From the NCBI GenBank assembly GCA_000388065.2, contig KB932201.1: a stretch of 64,000 nt of DNA. One strand, given 5' to 3'. This document shows positions 55,392 to 64,000 of the stretch, in pieces. Source of the DNA: Fonticula alba ATCC 38817 (lineage: Eukaryota > Protista > Nucleariida). A model generated the notes under the pieces. That model ran no database searches. It was not told the DNA's origin and worked only from the letters and a program-made list of their open reading frames with translations. Both the position numbers and the translations under genes were made by a program. The number at the start of each line of letters is the position of its first letter. The first letter of the stretch is position 1.

Positions 55392-56542
55392 GGTGACTTA
55401 TGCTGGGCAGTCGCCCGGTGGGATGTCCGACGGCCGTCTGCTTCGCACACGCGACTTGGCTTTCGAGACCGTTTGGGCCGGGCTTAGCCTCCGAATGGCA
55501 GGCGCGGCGGGCAGATCACTCAGCGAGGATTACCGGGGAGAGGGGTGGCTTTTTCTTAGTTCGTCTTTGTTTGGAAAGCCTGACCCATGTCGCCGGGTGG
55601 GAGTAGCAAGGGGGGCACTTGGGATGATGGGAGCCTCCGAGCCTGGGGGAGAAGTCAGAGGCAAAATGGGCAGATGGCGAGGAGGTGAGGGGAGGGGCAC
55701 CGCGTGGGTGTGGCGATGGGAGATCGGCGGGCAGGGACCGAGTGAGGCACGGATGATCGTGGGCTCTGAAATAGCCGCACACACATCGGGCTGGCCCTCC
55801 GCTCCCGGTTAAAATGGCGCGACGATAAAATTAAGGGGGTGATTAGATCTCCCGTGATCTGATAAGCATTTGGCCCAGTTTGAAATCGAGATCGGGTCTT
55901 TCCGGCCTCTCGCAAGGGGACAGACCTTGGGACCAGCGGCCCGCGTCCCCCGGGGGAGACCCCCGGAGCATGTGCGAAGCCTTGGCAGCCCCTAGCTTCC
56001 CTCCAAGGGAACAGAAGAAGATACCTCCTTTGCCCTGGGGCACCAGAGTGCAGCAACCAACGCCCGGGGGAGGGGTGCCCTTTCTTCTTCGCGATTTTTC
56101 GTTCTAGACGGGCATGTGTCTCCTCCCCCGGGCCCATCGGGACGAGCGTCCCTTCCTCCTCTCATCCACAAAAAGCACTGGGCGGCCAGGGCGCGCATGG
56201 GGGGATGTGACCCGTTCGCCGGTCGGGTGGCGCTAGATCGCTTGGCGGACCATCCTCGGCGGATTGCCCCCCCCCCCCCCCTAGCGAGCTGCGCGTCCCC
56301 CATCCGTGGGGCCTTATCGAGCGGCTACCCACCGCCTCCCCTTGGAGTGGGGCTGACATCTGAACTCCCTCCTCCTCGACACTGCTTGGCCCCGTTTGCT
56401 TCCCTGCCCCTCCCCCCCCCCCCACACACACACGCGCACATACAAACAGCCGGATATACGTCCATACCCTCCCGCGCGCACGCACGCACGCACGCACGCA
56501 CTCCCGGTCGCACACACGCACACGTGCCCATCTCTGGTTGGA

Positions 56543-57826
56543 ATGCCCGGCGGCGCTCCCGGCCCTGCCTCCGCCCCCAGCGATCTCCCTCCGGCTCATC
56601 TCTGGCGCTATGTCGGCGAGGGTGCAGCTCATGTGGCCTTAGCCTTCACGGCGTCCCCGGATGTCGGGCCATTTGCCTCGTTCGTATGTCCATTTTCCCG
56701 GCTTTCGCCACACAGCACACCCCCCGTCCGCTTGCTGGCATCCTGTCGCTCCCCTCCCCTTTCCCTCTCTCCTCCACACACACGCACATACATGCGCGTG
56801 CGTCACCCATCCCTGACATGCGTCCCGTCACCCTTTTGCTGTCTTTGTCCCCAGGCTGGCAAGGTCTTGCGCTTGCCCAAGCGGGCCGCCGACCATCCAG
56901 GCAGCGCCAATCCTGGCCAAGAAGCACGCGACTTGCAGAAGCTGGCATTTGTCGGGGAAATCATTGCACCGCTCATCGGAGCCCAATACATCCAGCAGAG
57001 TGTATGGCGAAAAAGATGATCCCCCCTCTCCCCCACCACCCCATTTCCGCGCCTCTTCCCGCTCACTTCTCCTTCTCTTTCGCCCCTCTCGGCCCACGCA
57101 CTCCCATCTCCCGGTCGCACAACCGGCGTTCTCTCAAACTAACTGGTCATCCAGGTTCCCATTCGCACGACACCCGAGTTCCGCCGGCAAGTGGCCGCCG
57201 CCATCCGTCCACTGAGGCCCGCCGCGCGGTTGTCCGGGTCGACCCTTCCCCCGGGGATCAACCCCCTTGAGCTGCCTGGCGATGATGACCCGGATCTCGG
57301 CCCGTGCGGCCTGTCGTCGGTTACCATGGCCACCCTGTATGATGACTTGACGCTGCTGCCGGATTCCTGCTGCCCTGGCGGGGGGAGCACCCTGGCCTTC
57401 GAAGTCAAGGTATGACTGCTCTCCTTGGCCTCTTGCCTCCGTGCTCTTCGCTTTCCCGGCTTCGATCTGCCTCCCTGTCCGAAGGGGGATTGGGGAATTG
57501 CGCCTGACGCTCCTGCTCGCCCTCTTCGGCCATCAGCCCAAGTGGGGCTTCATGCCGGCCTCGCCGTTTGTGGCGAGCGCGGCGGCCGGCACTCTCTCCG
57601 CGAGTGTCCTCGAGGAGCCGGCCCCAATTCGGGAGCAGCGGCGGCTGCTAAAATCACGCGTGTGTCGCGGCTGCATGCATCGGAATCTGAAGGCCAAGGC
57701 TGGGCCCGGGCCTGATCTTCCAGGTGAAGGCCTTGGCGACTACTGCGGGACGGATCTCTTCTCCGGCAATGAGGCACACATTCATGCTAGTGCGTGGGCT
57801 GAGGCCATTCCGGGCGCATCTGCACC

Positions 57827-57871
<45 letters not shown>

Positions 57872-59002
57872 ATAAGCACAAACATCGCCTATTTCGCATC
57901 CTGTCCTTGCCCGTCTACCGCCCCGTCCTGACACTTCGCTTCTCCGGGTATAAGCCCTGTTGGACATTGCACGGGCACCGCGAAACAATTTGCGCCTGTT
58001 CATTGATGGGGACCAACGCCCTCTCGGGGATCTGGACTCTGCCGAACTTGACACTGGCCTTGACTTGGCCGCTGCGCTGGGGATAGTGGCCAGGATCCTG
58101 GCCTTTCGCCAGGACTCCAACGCCATGGCCCACCATCCGTGCGACCTGATGTTCCGCCTGGCACAGGCACAGTTTCTGACTGGTGCGTTGCCTCTGCTGA
58201 CGGTGTGATGATTGCCGGCAGTGCCAGTGGCGGTGGCGGGGGGGCTGGGGGGGGGGGGGGGCCAACGACAGACATAAAAGCCTCTGCCATGGAAGCATAG
58301 ACCTCTGCGCCACGCTACCCATGCTGACCTTTGTCCGGGGCCGGGAATCACAGACGTGATCGACATTGAGGGTGCCCTGGAGCTGTGTCCGGAACTGTTT
58401 GAACGCACCATTGGGGCCCTCATGTCGCTGGCGCCCGCGCAGCCGTCTGCCCCCTTCGACTTGAGCCGGCTATCGCAGCCGCTGCCTGTGTTGAAGGCGC
58501 CGCTATGTGGCCAGGACCTTGACTCTCTTGCGGCGGCTCTGGCGTTGCCGGCTCTCGCCAAGGAGGGTGACAGCGGCCAAGCCCACTCCATGGCCGAGTG
58601 GCGCCGCGATGTACTCGAGGATATCACACACCTCCTGCTGGCCGACACCCTTGCAGGAGCCCCATCGCCGGTGGCCGTGGACTTTGCTCGGTCCCTGACG
58701 GTTGCGGACCTGCTGGGGGATCGCATTCGCTATCTGCGGAAGCTCACTTGCGCGGCCACCCTCAAGGATTGCTCGGTGTATGTCACCTTCCAGGTTCGCT
58801 GCTGCTCTGCTCCCCGTAGCGGGGCCGAGGAATCTCCCCCCTGCACGGGTGCCTCCAGTGGTGTCCTCCCCCTGCCAGACGGACGGGAAGTGGTCTGGCG
58901 TGTGCAAGGTGCGACCACGACACAATCCCACTCGTGGCACGCCTGCCCTCCTTGTGATCCCCTTTTGTTTGTCCCCCGCTCTTTGCCCGGCTTGATTCCG
59001 TG

Positions 59003-59037
<35 letters not shown>

Positions 59038-59308
59038 GTCCTGCTTTCCTCCCTCCTGCCGCCTCTGCCCCCGTGCCACCGTGTCCGCTGTCTTTTGACC
59101 CCCTCCCACGCATTTGCTCTCTTCTGCTGTCGGCATGCCTGGCATGGTAGTGGCGGATTTGGACTTCAAGTCCCTTGTGGCACGATCGGCTCGGTGGCTG
59201 TCCCTGGACCATTTGATCGCCCGGCGCTATGGCGAAGCCAATCCCGCGGTGCTGGAGCGGGCGCGCCACCTGGCCAAGCAGCCTCGGTGCCTGTGGTCCC
59301 GGGTCTGA
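56543..59308 (+). CDS. IPPK: Inositol-pentakisphosphate 2-kinase (IPK1/IPPK)
   Basis: Multi-exon. Motifs WRYVGEGAAH, EVK-PKWGF (split by an intron), CRGCMH, YCGTDLFS, RNNLRLF, AATLKDCSV and DLDFK appear in the order known for IP5 2-kinases. Confidence 0.9.
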
Positions 59309-60595
59309 GGGCACATCCATATGCAGGTGCCCCGTCATCCAATGCCCTGTGTCCCTGTGCAAGGGCTGTCCTTGAAGGGAGGACGGGCTGTGACCCCCTT
59401 GACGAGCTCCCATTTCCTTCCTCCCCCTACCCTTTGTCAAGAATGCCAATGCCTGAGTCTCCTCCCACTCCTATTTGGAATACACTTGCCGGAGAGAGCT
59501 GGCGCCTTGGCGCTATGCCCCCGGGCCCCTGTCCGCCTCGCGACTGGACACTTGATCCCTCCCCCGCCCATGCCGTCGGTCAGGAAGCCGGCTATGGCCT
59601 CTTTTCTCGATCCCCCCTCAATGGTGTGGAGAAAAAAACGACCCACCAATTTAAATGGCCGCAGAGGAAGAAGAAGAGTAGGTGCGTTTGCGAAGAAACT
59701 ATATTGAGAAGGGACAAGGGCAACATGACGCATGGCAAAGGCACATACGCATGTTTGAATGTATGTAGGGGGTAAGGGAGAGAGAGAGAGAGAGAGAGAG
59801 AAACAAAGAGAGGGAGGGAGGGTGGGGGAGAGAGAGAGTGTGTGAGCACTCGGGCGCGGGCTCGTCTCTGCCACTCGTGAGCACCGGGTGTGCGCGACGC
59901 ACGGGCCCGGATGACTCCCTCACTCTCTCGCCCTCATGCAGCCGGGCGTGTGCACACGCGTTTGACCCGGCGGCCACCAACGGCCCCCCCCCCCTCCCCC
60001 GCCCCTTCCCTCCTTGCGCGTGTGGAGGACGCGTGATGCCGCGGGTGTAGGACGCGCAAGTGGCAGATGGCCACCCCTGCGACAAGTGCACGGAAAGGCG
60101 AGCAGCAAAAAAAAAAAAATGAGGGAAAGGGGGTGAGAGGGAGGGGGAGGAATGATTTTCTCTGGCTCAAGGACAAGGGACATTGAGTAGGGGAGGAGGA
60201 GAGAAGAAGGAGGACAAAATTGGGTTGAGGATCACACGATGGCGCCCCTGCGACAGGCAGCAGGTAGGTAGGTAAGGGGGAACAGGGAGCTCCCTCTCGC
60301 TCTCGCATACCTCCCTCCACCAGGGATCTAAGGAAAGTGGAGGGAGGAAGAGGGCGAGAAGAGATGGACAGATGGAGCGGAGGAGGGGCCGCCAGAGCAA
60401 TGCCATGCACAGGGCACAGGCCGCGCGCGCTGGCTCATCCATGCGCAGCGACTGTCGTCGGTTCTCTTCCCCGGACTGACACACAGCAAGGAGGGAGAAG
60501 TGGAGAGGGGAAGACAGAGGAAGAAAGAGAGGGAGGAGGCCGGGGAGACGACAAGTGCACCGGCGATTGGGCGGCGCATGGAAATGGGCTGACAC

Positions 60596-63500
60596 TCAAT
60601 CGGACGCGGCTGAAGAGGCGCTGGACGAGGCGTTCGACCGGATGGACGACCCGTCATCCGAGGCGCCCTCCTTGTCGCTGGGCTTGGCCATGACAACGCC
60701 GAGAGAGGCGGCCGTGGAGGCGGCACCGCTGTTGGGCGAAACCGGCTCCATGTTGAAATCCAGGCTGACGGCAACGGCGGCATCATTGCCACCGGTGAGG
60801 GTCGAAACCAGGGCCGCATCCTTGTCGGCCGAAACCGCCGGGCTGTCATTGACACTGGCATCCGGCGAGGAAGCGGGCGAGGGCGAAGACACGGTGGCGC
60901 CGGGGCTGGCGGAAGAGGCAGCCAAATCGGCGGACTTGGATGCGGTGGCGTCGCTGTCGCCGTCGGCCGAGAGAGACTCCTTGCGGCGAGAGCGCGAGCT
61001 CCGGCGCGGGGTCAGGACATTCATCTCATGACCGGCGGACGTCGCATCGCCGGTGGGGTTGAGGTTGAGCGCGAGGGCGATCTTGGTCTGGCCCTCGGGG
61101 GAGATCTTCCAAGTGGCCAGCATGCGATCCAGCTGGTCGACAATCTCGCGCTCGGCCTTGAGGAAGATATCCCGACGGAGGTACACCATGTCGGCGACCG
61201 GGCCGGCGGCGCTGCCGGAGGAAGTAGCCCCGGGCAGGGAATCCGACGACTGCTTGCCCGTCGGCCGGGTGTTCTCATAGACAAGGACCCCGTCGGAGGT
61301 GATGTTGATGGAGGAGAGCTTCCCCCGGTCGAAGGCGGCCACACAGGCATCCAGCGCGCGGAGGATTTCCCGGCTGACGGAGCCGGAAATGTTGATCTCG
61401 TACTGGGAGTTCGGGTCGAGGAAGAGCTTGCGAATCTCCATCGCATCCTCGAGACGATCGCTCAGGAGGCGCTTGTCCCAGCGGGACTCGAAACGCCGAG
61501 CACGGGCATGGAACAGGGGGATCTCACCACACCAGGAGGAGACGCAGAACTTGGCGAAGGCATTCCGGAGCTTGGGGTTGCGCAGGCGGAGCATGTGCTC
61601 ATACCCGAGCAGGTCCCCGACCGAGGTGATCTTGGAGTCGGTCACGCGAACCGAGGTGCTCTTGTTCTCCTTGTCATTCATGAGGGCCATGTCATCCTGG
61701 TTCAAGCCGCGGATGGCCTTCAGCTCTTCGTTCTGGGTAGCCTGCGCGGGGAGGTGATCGAAGCTGGAGTCGAAGGAGCCGGATCCACCGGTGCTGGCGC
61801 CGCGGCGCAGGGCAAGGCGCTGGCGGCTGTCGTATGGGGAGAGGGAGAGGGAGAGGGAGAGAGAGAGAAAGAGCGGGAGCAGGGGGGGTCAGCCATCGGA
61901 AGATGCATGAAGGAAAACATGTTCGCAACAGGCCAAGAGAGAGAGAGGGGGAGGGGGGAGGGTGTAGCCGCCCCGCGCGAAAGGGGGGGCGCGGCACGCT
62001 GTCGGGCCTGCCCACCCGACCAAGGCCCCCCCCCCCCCCCCGCGCGGCCGAGTTGCACGATGCCAGAAAGACGCACGTGAGGGACTTGAAGAAGGGGGTG
62101 TAGGACAGGTAGAGGGGGTAGACGGTGATAATCAGGCAGCAGACCGACGAGAGGGTGATGATGACATGGTCCGGGCCGAAGGGGTAGAGCTGGCGCGCCA
62201 AAAAGACGACAATGATCCACACAATCCCGAGGCTGAAGGAGACGGCCATCTGGATCTGTCAACATGGCCGGCATTCACCATCATCATTGGTGTTGGTGGT
62301 GCGTGGTGGCATGGGCGCCAGTGTTTTGAGCGGAGAGGGGGGAGGGGGGAGAAACAGCGCGACGCCCATGCGTGTTCAGGGAGAGGAGGAGAAAAAAGCG
62401 TTAGGGGGGGGGAGAGGGGGGGAAGAGAGAAAGAAGTCGCATCGGGGCCCTTCTCAAAAACATGGTAGTCCTCCGGGATTTGGGGGGGGGGGGGCCGCCA
62501 CAGGACATGAAGGGCGAGAACGGGGCGGGGAGGAGGACAGCCCAACACACGTACAGTGAGCTCGTTCTGAATCATGAAAGTATCATTCACACCACGCAGC
62601 AGGAAAGACAGGTGGATGGTGATGGCCACATAGATCAGGGCCTGGATCATGATGAAGAAGCGAACCTGGAAGGCGCAGAGACCGTTGCCAGATGAGAAGT
62701 CATTCCAGCCATTGGCGGAGCTGGACGACAGCGGGGGGAGGGAGGTAGACCATGCAGACCGGCGGATTGGCATGTGAGAAGGCGCAATCGACGGGGCGGG
62801 GCGCGGAAAGAGCATCGGATGGGGGAGGAGGGTCGGAGGAGGAGGAGAAAGGAAATGGTCGTGATAAATGACGCACAAGGTAACCATCAGGGCCGCGATG
62901 CCCAGATACAGGACGTTGACCGTGCAGTAGATGATGATCTGGTTCCGGCGGAGGGCAATCAGCCGGAGGAAGCGGTAGTAGCGCGACAGGTCGGCCTGCT
63001 TGCGGGATGCCTTGCGCCCGGCGACCACCTGCTGGGCCTCGGCGGCGCTGCTGGCACCGGCGGCAGCCTCGGCATCGCCCTCGAAGGGAGCCGGGGCCGG
63101 GGGGAACTCGGAGGAGCTGGCCTTCTCGCTGTGGTGGCGCATGACCGCGTCGAAGACCTCCGGCGAAACGGAGTCGAATGGCCCGGCCGCCGTGAGGGCC
63201 GCATTTGCCAGGGCATTGTTGGTGTCGATCGAAGAGCCAGACCGGCGCGCACGCAGACCACTGCCGCCGGTGCTCGTGTCGGAGAGGAGCCCATCGTCGC
63301 TGTCATCGGTGGACATGAAATCCGAGGAGCTGGACCCGTGGATGCGCATCACCGTGTCCTTGAGTGCACCGGCATGATGCACGTAGTTGAAGTAGGCAAT
63401 GTAACCGCGGAAGATGAGCGGCTGAAGGAGGGGATGGAGGCCAGCGCGGGCGCGGTGGAGTAGCCAGGTCAGTTGTCAGGGGGTGGGGGACCTGATCGGT

Positions 63501-63924
63501 GAGCATGGGCCGATTGCGTGGCGCCGTGCATTGAGGAGAGGAGAAAGGGAGAGCCAGGAGAGTGAAGAGGGGGAGAGGGGGAGAGGGGGGGGGGGGAGCA
63601 GGGCCGAGCACGCACCAGCAGCCAGGTATTCATGAAAAGCGAGCCGGAGATGATGGCCGGGAAACAGGTGAAGTCCCGGCCGAAGTTGGGCGAGGACAGG
63701 ATGAGGACCGTCTGGTGGATGATAATTGCCCAGAAGGAGAGAGACGTGAGCAGACGCCCACGAGTCATGATGGGCTCGGTGTGACTGCGTGCCAGGAACC
63801 ACACATAGCAGGCGATCAGCAGCGGGAGGCCAACGATGCCATAGATCTCGATCGGATAGAGGACCGGGATCGGCTGTGCCGGGTTGGCCGCGGCCGCGAT
63901 GGGGGACACATCGAAGAAGGACAT
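60596..63924 (-). CDS. Seven-transmembrane receptor fused to a C-terminal RGS domain (7TM-RGS)
   Basis: Frame-consistent exons 63924-63616, 63421-62877, 62720-62555, 62255-62077, 61826-60596. Seven hydrophobic segments, then an RGS box LRNPKLRNAFAKFC...EIPLF...AMEIRKLFLDPNSQYEINIS...IFLKAEREI. Confidence 0.88.
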
Positions 63925-64000
63925 GGGGACCAGGGGGCGGCGGCTGGGGAGGGAGTGGTTAGGATCGAGAGGAATGGGGAGGGGGAGGAAGAGGGGGAGG

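Overview
GC-rich, intron-dense eukaryotic genomic DNA from a draft scaffold with 7 N-gaps. The gene content and intron style suggest a unicellular opisthokont, probably a Fonticula-like holomycotan amoeba (inference, not verified). I reconstructed 15 protein-coding genes by hand, using splice sites and reading frame: NOC1/CEBPZ (runs off the window start), LENG8/THP3, LRMDA-like, ZZZ3, NOA1/YqeH GTPase, a membrane-anchored GST-fold protein, DRG1, CKS1, SCP2, a MAP4K (GCK-I kinase + CNH), ZC3HC1/NIPA-like, a ~3,700-aa DEPDC5/Iml1, a CAT-family amino-acid transporter, IPPK/IPK1 and a 7TM-RGS protein. I found no credible rRNA, tRNA, CRISPR array or transposon. The most notable observations are: (i) none of 52 frame-checked 5' splice sites has A at +4 (44 C, 7 T, 1 G); (ii) a GST-like CxxS protein with two C-terminal TM helices; (iii) a DEPDC5 whose N-terminal domain is split by very large low-complexity inserts; (iv) a 7TM-RGS with a degenerate GAP surface; (v) a run of nutrient/TORC1-related genes across 29-64 kb, which may be chance. 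Most long ORFs in the supplied track are antisense or off-frame shadows caused by high GC.
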